From contig OX597814.1 of the NCBI GenBank assembly GCA_951406725.2, positions 80,104,001-80,168,000 on the forward strand: a stretch of 64,000 nt of DNA, in the 5' to 3' direction. Under the pieces are notes generated by a model that worked only from the letters and a program-made list of their open reading frames with translations, was not told the DNA's origin and did not search any database. Positions 29,657 to 42,814 of this stretch are shown here, in pieces. The position numbers and the translations under genes were made by a program. The DNA comes from Octopus vulgaris (Eukaryota). Position 1 is the first letter of the stretch; each line of letters begins with the position of its first letter.

Positions 29657-29879
29657 CATACATACAGTTGTATCTCGGGGTGGTCATTTTTTCTCTTTTG
29701 TTGCCAAATACGCACACGCACTATATATTCGTTCTTCACTCGTATATTATTGTTCTTATTCTAACTCGTATCCATTGTCCGGAAATCTTTCGACACACAT
29801 CTATGACCTCCATATATATATATACATACATTTGCGCATATACAATTACACATTAATGCATGTAACTTTTCTAAGTTTA

Positions 29880-32415
29880 TTTCAGGGCAGTCTTTTTTTG
29901 CGGATGGCATTGTAAATTGTTTTAGCAACAACATCGTGCCGCATAGAGAGGTAGTACCGTGACGACATTTTAGTACAGCTGCTAATCACATGTGTGATGT
30001 CTTCCACAGAAACATGACATAGCCTACACATGCGGTTGCACTTTGAGATTACAAGAGTGAAACGGTCTCTTTTCTTCATAGGTACTTTGTTCCTGGATTG
30101 CAAACGCATGGCCTTATGTCCAAAAGAGGCTGAGCTTCGTGTCAATTCTACTGTCTTCTTCAAGCTTCCGGGCAACATACCCATGTATAATCTTGTTTTT
30201 GTATGCTGAATGCTTTCCATCCAGGTTTTGTATGAGGTAAGAGAGCCCAACTGTTTGGGGGCTGTATAGGAGATCATCAAGAAGAGAGTGACTCTTGCGG
30301 AGCTCACTCCCAACTCGTGCAATGTTACTCACTTCACTCTGCTGCACTGCATTTATATATTTATTCTTGCTGCTGTTGTTCGGCAGGTGCTGAGTGATAG
30401 CATACGGCATTCGAAGGTCGTTTGCACTGATCTCAGGCCCCTACCACCTTCATTTCTGTGACCTCTGAACATCACTATTTCCGTGGAACTCCCAAGTTGA
30501 TATCAGGATATTGCGGGTTTTGATATCTATGGAGTAGATTTCCTCTACAGACCAAACGAGTATCTGAAATGTTGGGATCAGTACTGGCACTGCAAATGTA
30601 TTGTGGTATATTGTTTTGTTGTAAAAGGAGAGTTCCGACTGCCATATTTTCCTAAGTCTGGTGTAATATTTTCGGGACCATTTATCTTTATTCACAGTGC
30701 CTTCATATGATACATTTTCATCTCTGCCTTCATGTGATATATTTTTTATCTATGTCTTTGTGTGGAATGAGGAAGATAGAGTGACCGTTGATGCACAGGT
30801 TGTGGGTTTGGGGGACTGACTTTCCTCGTTCTATAACCAAATATGAACATTTTTGGCCAAATTCTATGCCTATATCAGCTGAAAATGTTATTAATTCCAG
30901 TTGCTTTTTTGGCATTGCAAACACTTTTAGCATAAATCATAAGGTCGTCTACTAAGAAATTACGAGTTACATTGATATTTCTAACAGTTGTGAACCATTT
31001 GTATTCTGCAGTAGGAACGATAATGGATTCAGTGCCAAAATGAAAAGAAGTACAGAAAGACTATCTCCCCGGAATATTCCCTTTGAAATGCCTATAGTAT
31101 CTGAAACGATTATTTTGTTTTCAGTTGGAAGGGTGAGAAATGTTGTTCATGTCCTTGTGAGTTTCTGTATAGCAGCAATTAGGATGGCAGGTACTTTTGC
31201 CAGATGTAGGCACTTCAACAGCCATGAATGAGGCATAGAGTCGAATGCCTTCTTATAGTCAAGCCATATGTCACAAGGTTTCTACGCTGTTTTCTTATTT
31301 GAAATAGTACAGCTTTGTGTATTAAAAGTTGTTCGGCATATCCCCACACTCCCTTCTTTCCCCTAGCCTCTTCATCAGTCACAATGTTGTTCGACTCACA
31401 ATGGTTCTGGAAGAATTGGTTGCGGCAACTTGTGTTTGTACATAATGTTTAGGCAAGCAATGGGCCTGTAGTTTCCTGCCATCACGGTGATATCATTTTT
31501 GGCAACAAAATTTGCCCTTGATGTAGCAATCCAATTTGGTATATCAGTGTGACCTTTCATAGTCCTTTTGAACATACATATCAACTGGTTTCTATAAAAT
31601 GTCAGCTTCTTGTACCAATATCCAACTATCAGGTCCATTCTAGGTGCCTTCCAACCTGCAGTCTGCCTACTACTATGGCGAAGGTTTCTGCATCAATTTT
31701 GTATGTTTTTATTTATTATTTTTTTACAGTATTCTCTCTCAATTGTATTTAACCATGCTGCATTCGGGTTGAAATCCCATTTTTTGTTCCAAATTTTTGA
31801 CCAAAATGATTGCAGATCTTCTTGGGAGGGAGATTTCTTAATGGTAATGTTTTCCTTCCTCATCTCCCTCATCTGTAAGTTGGAAACAAACTTGCGAGTG
31901 ATACTGACTCGTTCAAAAATTTGCATGCGATAGTGGAACTTCTCGCTCATCGTCCTGAGTTCCTGTTTTAATGTGATCAGCTTTCGCTCAAGAGCTCATT
32001 GTGAAGAGTTGCCATAAAGTTTCGTTAATTTTTGTCTATGGTAGAGTTGGTGAGTTGTAAACTCATTTTTCTCCTTACAGTTTGTTGTAGTTAACCATCC
32101 GATATGACGGCGTACGTTATTGATGTTTTCTTCAAGTTTTGTTTTCCATCTAAGTTGTTTCCGTTTAGTAATTTCGTTACTTTGTTCACTGTAGATTTCT
32201 CCTAGGTGTTCTTTAAGAGTTATAGCGACTTTGTATATATAAGAGTATTTAAATTCCTGTAATTTACTTCACATGATTCCATGTGCTCCCCAGCGACATC
32301 GTTGATAACTTTAAACATTAGATCGGTCGGATTTTTTCTAACTTTTGTTCGGAATGGTTTGTTGCTCTACGAAAGCTTCGAGAAAATGGCAATTTTTTTT
32401 ACGAATTGTAATTTT
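29880..32415 (-). mobile_element. R4/Dong-type non-LTR retrotransposon, decayed
   Basis: Motifs FWSKIW, GYWYKKL, NYRPIACLNIMYK, WLDYKKAFDSMPHSWL, KGIFRGDSLSVLLF, RLRKIWQSELS...NTFAVPVL and the CCHC-like knuckle CRLCHVSVEDITHVISSC...RHDVV. Confidence 0.9.
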
Positions 32416-32453
32416 AACATGTATGTATGTATGTATGTATGTATGTATGTATG

Positions 32454-32484
<31 letters not shown>

Positions 32485-32910
32485 GTGTGTATGTATGCAT
32501 GTATATATATATATGTGTGTGTAGCTACACTAATGTATGTGTGTGTTTATGTGTGTATTATGTACGTATTTATGTATATGTGAAACTATGTATACCCATT
32601 TAATGCCCTCCGGGAAGTGTAAGTCAGGATATGCTATTAATAATACATGACACTAATTCAATTATTTCACATATTTTGTATTATTTTTGGCAGTCCCCGA
32701 GATAAATTTGTCAGCTTGCCTTCCTACACTTGATACATTCGGACCCAATGAATTGATAGCCTCAGTGCAATTTCCGTAGCTTAAAAATTCGGCCATTCCT
32801 ACCTACTAAAGTGCATTAGACTTTATAGAATTTTCATTACTCTTTCTTTTTTTCATCTTATTTTTAAGGACAGAATGTGTAAACTGCTCCATTAATATTA
32901 TATTGTATGC

Positions 32911-33121
32911 AAGGCGGCGAGGTGGCAGGAACATTAGCGCACCGAGCGAAATGCTTGTTGGTATTTTGTATGTCTACGTTCTGAGTTCAAATTCCACCGA
33001 GGCCGACTTTGCCTTTCATCCTTTTGGGGTCGATAAATTAAGTACCGGTTGCGTACTGGGGTTGATCTAATCAACTGGCCCCCTCCCCCAAATTTCAGGC
33101 CTTGGGCCTAGAGTAGAAAAG
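32911..33121 (+). mobile_element. SINE family A, full-length monomer with 17-bp target-site duplication
   Basis: Head aaggcggcgaggtggcag, B-box-like gagttcaaattcc and central gcctttcatccttttggggtcgataaattaagtacc. The TSD aatattatattgtatgc is at 32894-32910 and 33122-33138. Confidence 0.93.
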
Positions 33122-33577
33122 AATATTATATTGTATGCTTACATTACAGTTTTCTCGAAACTAGACTAGAATGGAATCGTAACGGAAAACCTTATTCATA
33201 CGTTGACTCGAAATCTGCATGCAAGAGAGATGTTTTTCATAGATGATTTTTCCACTTATTTTTGTGTGCAAACAAACTAACCCTTTACACAGTTATCTAC
33301 TGAACAGTACTATTATACAAAAGCCGCATTTGAAGACTCTTGGCCGTATCTTAGATTTTAGGGACGAGTTGGCCCATTAGAGGGTTGAACAAAATTCTTT
33401 GTATCCTGCTCTTAATGTTTGGAGTTGAAATCTTACCGAGATCAATTTCATCCTTTCTTGGGTTGATAAGATGAAATACTTGTAATTACTAAGGTCAATT
33501 TCATCAACAATTACACTTACACCAAATTTGTGCTTAGTTCAGAAATTGTTTTAAATCGATCTGATAAAAATAAGTAC

Positions 33578-33854
33578 AGACCGTAACAATGATAATACTG
33601 TTTCAAGTGTCGATCTCACAAAACCAATACAATGAAGTGAAAGATACGATTAGATGTCCTGTAATTAGTCAAATCTGTTTCGTGATTAAGCAAAGTTGTA
33701 ACATGAGTATATAGTTGATACACATGCTAAAGCCTTGCTTATTCACGAATGAGATTTAACCAATTATTGGACATCTAATCACATCGATCTTTCTCTGTAT
33801 TGTATCGGTTTTATGAGGTCGACATTTGAAACAGTATTATCATTGCTACGATCT
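33578..33854. mobile_element. Fold-back/MITE-like imperfect palindrome
   Basis: Arms at about 33578-33710 and 33718-33854 are reverse complements with scattered mismatches. Confidence 0.7.
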
Positions 33855-33855
33855 T

Positions 33856-34076
33856 TGCACTCACGATCACAAGATCATGAGTTCGATTCCTCGAGTGGGC
33901 TGCACTTTGGTTTCTTGAGCAAACTACTTCATTTCACTTTGCTCCAGTACCCACTTTAGATCGGAGGGAGAATGTTGGCCTGCTCCATAGCTAAAAGCTA
34001 AAACATTGCAAATGTGCATTGTGGCCAGCGATGTGTCACAACTTCTGATAGCCTGGTCGGTCACGTGATCACGTGA
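33856..34076 (+). mobile_element. SINE group C
   Basis: B box gagttcgattcc, cttgagcaaactacttcatttcac and tail ggtcggtcacgtgatcacgtga. Confidence 0.75.
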
Positions 34077-34216
34077 TATCAACTATACCTGTCTATTTTA
34101 ACTTTCACTTGTGTCAGTATTGGAATCAGTGGATTTTGACCATACCGAGGCACTGACTGGAAGGTATTTCAGTGGAACTATTCACTCACACTCCCCAGTA
34201 CTTCTTGTGCGCGCGC

Positions 34217-34290
<74 letters not shown>

Positions 34291-34299
34291 CTTTGTGTG

Positions 34300-34600
34300 T
34301 GTCTGTGTGTGTGTGTGTCTTTGTTTCTGTGTCTGTACCACCTGGCTTGTTTACGTCCCCGTAATGTAGCGGTTCGGCTAAGTGGACCGATTAAATAAGT
34401 ACTAGACTTTTAAAAAATATGTGTGGTGGGGTTTGTACATATAACAGGCTTCTTTATGTCTACCAAATCCACTCATAAGTTTTTAGTCGCCCCGGGGCCA
34501 TAGTAGGAGGCTTTTGCTCAAGATTCCATGCAGTGGGGCTGAACCCGAAACCATGACGTTGGGAAGCAAACTTCTCACCACAGGGCCATGCCGGTTCCTG
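34300..34600. mobile_element. Two SINE family B pieces: 3' part on + (34300-34420) and 5' part on - (34447-34600)
   Basis: tttacgtccccgtaatgtagcggttcgg on +, then gtctaccaaatccactcataag...gggaagcaaacttctcaccacag as the reverse complement of the head. Confidence 0.7.
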
Positions 34601-34789
34601 CATCTTCAATTGTTAAAGGAAAAAGGTTTACATGTAGGTGTCGTAGGAAATATGTCGCTGAAAATTATGTCCAGAAAATAGGATCATAGTGAAGGAAAAC
34701 CGGAGTGCATGAAAAGTATGGATTGATGGTGAACAGAAAAATGTTTCAGTGTACCTTATCTAAAATGAATTCAAGGGTATCAGTATATA

Positions 34790-35230
34790 CCGTAAATCCT
34801 CGAGTATAATCCGCATTTTTTTCCCCAAATTTAAAGGTCAAAATCTCTAGTACGTACTATATACGAGGTTAAAAAGGAAAAATATTTTTTGTGATGTCGG
34901 GCGGGAAAATTGCCTGAAAGTAATGAAGTCATAAAAGAATCATCCATAACTTGCAGTATAAAATAAAAGTATTCAGAACACAGAATAACATGTAACAAAA
35001 ACAATTTGCAAACATATTTATATTCCCATATAACAGTTAAGAACATCACCATTATTGTAGTACGCATGCACGGAAGTGTTTGTTCGACTAGGTGCTGGCT
35101 TAATTACGCACGACTCAAGTTAGTGAAGAGTTGCGTATTATACACAAGGTTTAGGTTTTTCAGAGGTACAGCCCCCTAAAAATCCCCTGCGTATTATACT
35201 CAAAGGCGGACTATACTCGAGGATTTACGG
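34790..35230. mobile_element. Tc1/mariner-superfamily (pogo/Tc2-like) MITE
   Basis: 25-bp TIR ccgtaaatcctcgagtata(a/g)tccgc with one mismatch. TA at 34788-34789 and 35231-35232. Internal gcgtattatac subrepeats. Confidence 0.88.
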
Positions 35231-35784
35231 TATACAGCTGGCAACTGATTGTCTAGAAATTCAGGCAAGCAAATAATGGTTTGAAAAGTCCAAGAAAGGG
35301 GCATCTTTGCATAAATTTAAACTGACTAAATAAATAAGTATATCAGTATAATATAAATGAGAAGCTACAACAAGATTCATTAAAATTTTGACTGACTTTG
35401 AGAAAGAAGCTTATGTTGCATAACTGACTTAAATGTTTTATTTTGAAAGAAGACGCCTGGAAGAACATTCGAAGATGCAATTACACCTGAGCATAAAGCA
35501 TCTCACTGACATACTGGCACTAACTACTGGTGGTAATGTAGTTAATGATTTAAATTAAAACCATGTTGAAAATACTTGAGCTTTGAAAAGAGTCTAAAAT
35601 AATGCAACAGTCATTTGAAAAGCAAATGCTAAGATTTAGGTTAATGCAGTTGCCTTTCAAACATGCTTTAATGTTTGTTTTGTTCTTGAAATTGCAAAAA
35701 ATATTGTTTCAAGAATATTTCATCCTTTAAAGACGTTGTCATACGATGCTGTTAGCCTTCCTAACGTATTAAAGGTACATAAAT

Positions 35785-35795
35785 TAGTAGTAGTG

Positions 35796-35858
<63 letters not shown>

Positions 35859-35996
35859 AGTACAGTGGTGGTGGTGGTGGTGGTGGTGGTGGTGGTGGTA
35901 GTGATGCTGCTGGTGCTGGTGGGACTGGTTGTTGGTGGCAGTAGCACTTGTTTTTGATGGTGGTGGTGGTGGTGGTGGTGGTGGTGGTGGTGATGG
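35785..35996. repeat. (TAG)n/(GTG)n microsatellite
   Basis: Directly visible. Confidence 0.95.
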
Positions 35997-36450
35997 TAAA
36001 AAGTATATCTGTACTTATTAGATCTAGTTTTTAATTTTTAGTGTGAGCGAGTATGTACATTTCCATGTAAGTATGTGTATGTATATATATTTCGAGTGGT
36101 TGAGTGTGTGTTCGTGTGTGTGCGTGTGTATGCGTGTGTGAGTAGAAATCATGCAGATTTCTCACGATCATCTCATTCATAAACATAATGCAACATAAAT
36201 GTTGATATATATATGCATTAAATATACTTAATAAATGCATAAAATTTAGCTGAATTGGAAGCTTTAATGTTTGTGTGCGTGGATCTGTGAGTATATGTAT
36301 ATATATGCATACACACACAAACACACACACATATATATGTATACATACATATACATATTGTATTATATAAATATATATATTTACATAACATTTCACTCTC
36401 TATTTCGTATTTTATCCAAATTAATTATTGCTTAACCATTTTCTCACACC

Positions 36451-36497
36451 GTCTCCGATGAAGGGATATAATAAATATCCTGGAACAGCTGTAAGAC
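36451..36497 (+). ncRNA. Hammerhead-like motif (C4 variant family) in a Penelope-like terminal repeat
   Basis: gucu-CCGAUGA-A-GGGAUAU(aauaa)AUAUCCU-GGAAC-agcu-GUA-agac. One A of GAAA is missing in this copy. The flank 36394-36500 is homologous to 51951-52060 (minus). Confidence 0.55.
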
Positions 36498-36555
36498 CTA
36501 TTCATAAATGTTCTAAAACCTTCCCACCCTTAGTTTTTTATATCATTCTGAAAAG

Positions 36556-36629
<74 letters not shown>

Positions 36630-37178
36630 AAGAGAAAATAGAAGTTGAAAATGCACTGAGCATACTTGAAAGTTACACTGATTTTCAAAAATGTGAAATA
36701 GAAAGACGTGGCTAATGTCACAGCTGCTAACCACAAACTAGTGACGAAATCTCTCTCCATTTGCAGTCATCGCTCCCATTTCAGTCCTATATAAGACAGC
36801 CACGTTTTCTTGGCATATAAGCACTACTATCCGGTACTGTTACTGTACATATTTCGCTCAGAGATTGAAAACAAATTGTTTTCTCTACACGAGATCAGCG
36901 ACTGTGTGTCGCTTAGAAAATATATATTATTTGCAAGTGGAGAGAGCTTTCGTCACTAGTTTGTGATTAACTCACACTGAGGACGGATAACATTAAAAAA
37001 TCTAGGTTTGTGAGTATCACCTAAGGCTAGAGATGGGAACGATGACCTCCCTTGCAAATGTTATACGGACACAAACTGTGTGTCGAGAGCCAACTGGAAA
37101 ATATGTTTTGCTGTGTTTAAAACAACAGTAACATCGTCTTTTATAGGACTGCCACGTTTTTTTGGCATAAAAATATTA

Positions 37179-37216
<38 letters not shown>

Positions 37217-37979
37217 TTTTTTACATTACATATATAGAGTAAACTGTTGGTTTTGCAAATTGCGAATTAAAACTTGAAATGAAAACATTGAAATGAATAT
37301 ATATTAAATTATCATTAATGAAAATAGAGGCGAGAGTCAGAAACTGTTACAAATGAAAACGGAAACTTTCGTCTGCAGAGAATTGATATTGTTCATTAAA
37401 TCTACTCCTCGGTGAATGTAACGAATATTTAAATTTGTGAAAATGTTGAAGTTCAAATATTCAATCAACTTCAGAAATCGAAATTACAGGAAATTTCTTG
37501 GAATATGAATTGTCAAAAAAATTTCCAGACGGTCAAACTTTTAATAATTGCTTTCTTTTAGTAACTGTTACACACTCACACGCACACATACATACAAAAA
37601 ATGTATGCATATTTATGTATGTACGTATACATAAGAAAACACCCCTCACACACACTCTCTCACATATACAAACACAAACACACACACATACACACCTTCA
37701 TTTCATATACACATACACACTTCTTTCACTTTCTCCTCTTTTTCACTTTACAACAAAAGTGGCATTTTTTTAAAACTGAAGTTTTCAGGAAAATTTACTT
37801 TCTGAACTTTCATTTTTTGTTGTTGAATATTTCGAGTTCACAAATTTAAGTATTTTAACGAGCTTTTATTTATACGACTTTTTCATTTCATGTCTATTTC
37901 ATTCATTGTTTGCAATGTTCTCTCCCCCTCTCTCTCACACACACACGCACACACACGCACACGCACACACACACACACA

Positions 37980-38017
<38 letters not shown>

Positions 38018-38021
38018 TACA

Positions 38022-38179
38022 CACTGTCTCCCCAAAAGTTTTTTACAGCATCGACCCCTTCATGGAGTCCTTGACCCCCTCATCAACCCCAAGGCATGTG
38101 CAAAAAAAAAAATAATAATTAAGTAGATGAGCATTTATCGACCCCCAGGGGCCGATATCAACCACTTTGGAAACCCCTG
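38022..38179. mobile_element. Possible hAT-like MITE
   Basis: The right end cactttggaaacccctg reads CAGGGGTTTCCAAAGTG on minus and is followed by ctctag. The left end cactgtctccccaaaag is degenerate. Confidence 0.4.
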
Positions 38180-38634
38180 CTCTAGTATAAACACACACAC
38201 TGTCACTGTAAGATAAACACTCACACACACACGCACATGCACACACACTCCCAGTTTGATTTCGTTATTACACAAATATCACATTAGAATTTTATAATTC
38301 AACATGGGGCATCCAAAAGATATGCGACTGAAAATATCAATGTGAAAATATTATCAAGCGGCTAGCAGAAAACTGCCCGGATGGTGGTCTTTCTGCTACT
38401 ATGAAACTAAAAGGATAAGGAAAATGAGAAATTATGTCACTTTTTCATTACTGCTGTGTACTCGACTGACGCCTTTCTCTGAATCATTTGTATATTGAGT
38501 TCAACACCAGGTTATTGGCATCGTTATGCCTAAGCAAAATAATAAAATAAACACGCACACACACACACATACACACAAACAGACACACTCAGAGTCACAC
38601 ACACACAGATACGGGCACACACATGCACACATAT

Positions 38635-38940
38635 AGGTGCAGGTGGCTGTATGGCTGAGAAGCTTGTTTCCCAGCTATGCGGATTAGGTTCAATGTGGAA
38701 TCTTGGGAAAATGTCTTCTGTTAAAGCCCACAGACTTACGAGTGAGTGGATATGGAAGACAGAAACGGAGAGAAGCTCGCCGTCCATATGTGTACATTAC
38801 TGTATATGTGTGTGTGCGTGCGTGTATGTGTGTGTGTGTGTGTTTTATATTTAAGCCGTACAAGCAATTGGCAACCGGTGTTGGTTTGTTTAGACCACCG
38901 TAATTTAGTTGTTCAACAAATGAGACAGATAAAATAATGT
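38635..38940 (+). mobile_element. SINE family B (degenerate)
   Basis: aggtgcaggtggctgtatggctgagaagcttg...gtgagtggatatggaagacagaaac is collinear with 15586. Confidence 0.7.
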
Positions 38941-38962
38941 AATGGCTGTACGTACGCATATA

Positions 38963-39342
38963 CACTACCGTCAGAAATTAATTAGCACCCTTGATTTGCT
39001 CTTCACTCAAGGTATGTGCTGTCACCTAGTGGCCATATCTCGAACTATTGCTTTGTTGCGAGTTCACTGTTGCGCAGAACGATGACGTAACTTTGTTTGC
39101 AGAGCAGTTTGAGAGTCTACAGCCTTATGATGTTGACATAGCAGTGCAACAACAACTTGGAGTGCGGATGCAGACAAATCTTCCTTTGTTTAATAGATAT
39201 AGGTAGCGCCTCGCAAGGACCGAAATCACACCATACTAAGTTTTCTCATCGCGTAAGACGTTTTGAACAGCTCATAGGTTAATTGATTTAACCTATTTAA
39301 TGTAGAAATTTGAGAAGTGCTAATTAATTTCTGACGCAAGTG
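38963..39342. mobile_element. Tc1/mariner-like MITE
   Basis: 26-bp TIR cact(ac/tg)cgtcagaaattaattagcac with two mismatches. TA at 38961-38962 and 39343-39344. Confidence 0.85.
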
Positions 39343-39968
39343 TATGTATGTTTGCATGCATGTATGTATGTATGTATGTATGTATGTATGTATGTATGCA
39401 TGCGTATATGTGTGTATGTATTTATGCATGCATGTAATAAGTTCCACATGTACTGGAGTGAATTTATGCGAATAAAGCCTTCTTGGAGGTACTCCGATGA
39501 CTGAAACAAGTAAAAGAAAGCATATACATACACATACACACACACACATGCATGCATACATACATGCACATACATGAATGTATGTATACATACGTACATA
39601 TATACATGCATACATAAATATATTTCGTACGTACGTACATGCACGCATACATACATACATTCGTATGTACATACAGACGTACATACATACATGCATACAT
39701 ACATGCATACATGCAAGCATGCATGCATGTATGCAAACATACATACATACATACATACATACATACATACATACATACATGATAGAAGTCTATCTATGGT
39801 GGAACTATACATGGTAGAAATGAACTCAATTACCAATCGATGAACGCAATTACCAGTCGATACCAATGCACTGAAACAATTGTAGTGATTTCGATTAAAG
39901 CCTCTTCAATTCATCAACATTATAATGATGTGTGTGTGTGTATATATATATATGTATGTATATATATG

Positions 39969-40001
<33 letters not shown>

Positions 40002-40006
40002 GTATA

Positions 40007-40078
<72 letters not shown>

Positions 40079-40266
40079 CAAGACAAAGAGAGAAATATTT
40101 GTATACATATCTACAAATGTAAATGTATTGGAGTTTCTCGTATGAGTTTTCTATTTCTTATTTATTTCGTCTACAAAGAAACACTTTTCCCATGAGGTGA
40201 CTTAACTCGCTCTAAATTACAGCATATTTCTTACATCCACGGTATACACACACATATGTATACATG

Positions 40267-40346
<80 letters not shown>

Positions 40347-40378
40347 ATATATATGCACACACACACACAGATATATTA

Positions 40379-40442
<64 letters not shown>

Positions 40443-40533
40443 CATATATATGTATGTATATATATATGTATACACATACATACATACATACATACATGCA
40501 TACATGTATATTTGCATCAATATGTCAATATGT

Positions 40534-40604
<71 letters not shown>

Positions 40605-41239
40605 TTGATATATACAAACTGACATACAGATAGAAACACAGAGAGATAGATAAGTGTATGTGTGTGTTTGTGTGTGTGTAAAAATATACATGTATAGAAA
40701 ATTAGAACGGAAGAAAGAATGAGAAATACATATTTACCCACCACCACCAAGCACACTGCCACCACTCCGCTGACGCACACACAAATACGCATACACGCTC
40801 ATACGTAATCAGAGAAAGACGCACGCACACTATCAGAGAAAAGTATATAATATTTCTAGTATCTGGAATTAATTCTCAGATTCGTGTCATACCAAACCTA
40901 AGTGGTTAAGTATTTTCAGGTTGTCTAGAGTTTTAATTCGGATAAGTGAGCTTTATTTATTAAGAACCAAACTACGCAGAAAATTGCACACACACAGACG
41001 TGTGTGTGTGTTTGTGCGTGTGTATGTTCGTGTGTACGTATGTTTGCACATATATATATATATATACATATGAATATATGTGTGCATTTGTGTGTGTGTA
41101 TGCTCGTGTGTTCATATGTATGTATACATATGTGCGTATATATATACATATATATATATGAATATATGTGTGTATAGGTATTTATACATACGTATACGAA
41201 TATATGTATGTATACATATATATATACATACGTATATAG

Positions 41240-41273
<34 letters not shown>

Positions 41274-42126
41274 ATATAAATGCATAAATATGTATATACA
41301 CGTATATGCATATACAAATACATGTAAATATTAAAAATGCATATGTATGTGTGTATTTATATGTGCGTGTGTGTGTGTGTGTGTGTGAATATTAAAAGCG
41401 CAGATATCTATATATAAGTACATTTATAAGTGTGTATGTTGTGTGTGTATGTATATATATACATGCATGTGCATCTAAATCTATACAATGATGTATACAT
41501 ATATACATAGATATATATTACGTATATAAATATATGCATACAAACATACATGCATGTATACATATATGCACACATACATACACGCATACGCGTGGATATT
41601 GAAAGTGAATATTTTAAATGTGATTAAATTATCGACGGAGGACATTTTTATTTCATCGCTAGCTGCATGAATTGTGAATACAACATAAATTTTGACTAAA
41701 TAGGCAGTTTTATAGACTAAGAAAACAGCTTTAAATCATTATATAGGCTGATATCTTACTTGTTTTCTTACAGAAAGATCATAAAAATTGGCAGTAGTGT
41801 TTTGCAAACTATATGTATGGATATGGAAAGTTGCGTACAGTCACTAACATTCGCACAAACATGCAAGTGAATACATACTCATTCACACACATACATACTC
41901 ATGCATGCAGACAACCTCAGACGCACACGCTTAGTCATATACACATGGAAGCACAAGCACACACACATATGTATTCGTGCACACACATAAACATCCATTC
42001 ATGCAAACATATACACGCGGACACACATGGACACATAGGTTGACATAAGCACATTTATACACATATAAGTATATACGTATATATACGCATACTCACACAC
42101 ACAGGGTATGTACATATATGTGTATG

Positions 42127-42190
<64 letters not shown>

Positions 42191-42330
42191 AATACTCACA
42201 CACACAGGCTACATATATATCTATGTGTGTGTATACGTACATGCATACTTACATACACATATACATACACACATACACTTTCACTCGTACACAAAAACGT
42301 ATATCCATATTCACATACGCATATACTCAA
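39343..42330. repeat. Extended compound microsatellite region (TATG, TA, CA, GATA)
   Basis: Alternating SSR blocks with short unique spacers. Confidence 0.9.
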
Positions 42331-42814
42331 TTACTATCTATCAGAGAGAGAGAAAGCAAAAGTGAATTAGAGAGAAAGCGAAAGTGAATTAGAGAAAGAG
42401 AGAGAGGGGTGTTGGGTAGAAAGGGAAGCTGGTTGGTTCGGATATTTGTTCATGTGTTACTTTTCAGTCCAAGTTCTCATATGTCAAGTGGAGTGTGACA
42501 TTGTAGCTGCTGTTAAAGGGAAATAATTTATTTTATATTCCTTAAACTTTTTTTAATGAACATAAAGTAAATCATTTTATAATTATGATAAAAAAAATTT
42601 TTTTTTTTTTTTTGCATTGGCTGTAACATCTCTGTATTTTAAAGTATGTATATATATATAGACTAGGAAATGTATTAGTATTATAGTGCACTAAATGAGA
42701 AGCAATAAATCTATAGATGTATACATATAACATGAAAATGATGTTACTATAGCTGTGAACAGTCGTTAGTGCAGTATACATGTTTGTGCGTGCGTGCATT
42801 CCTCTCTCTCCTCT

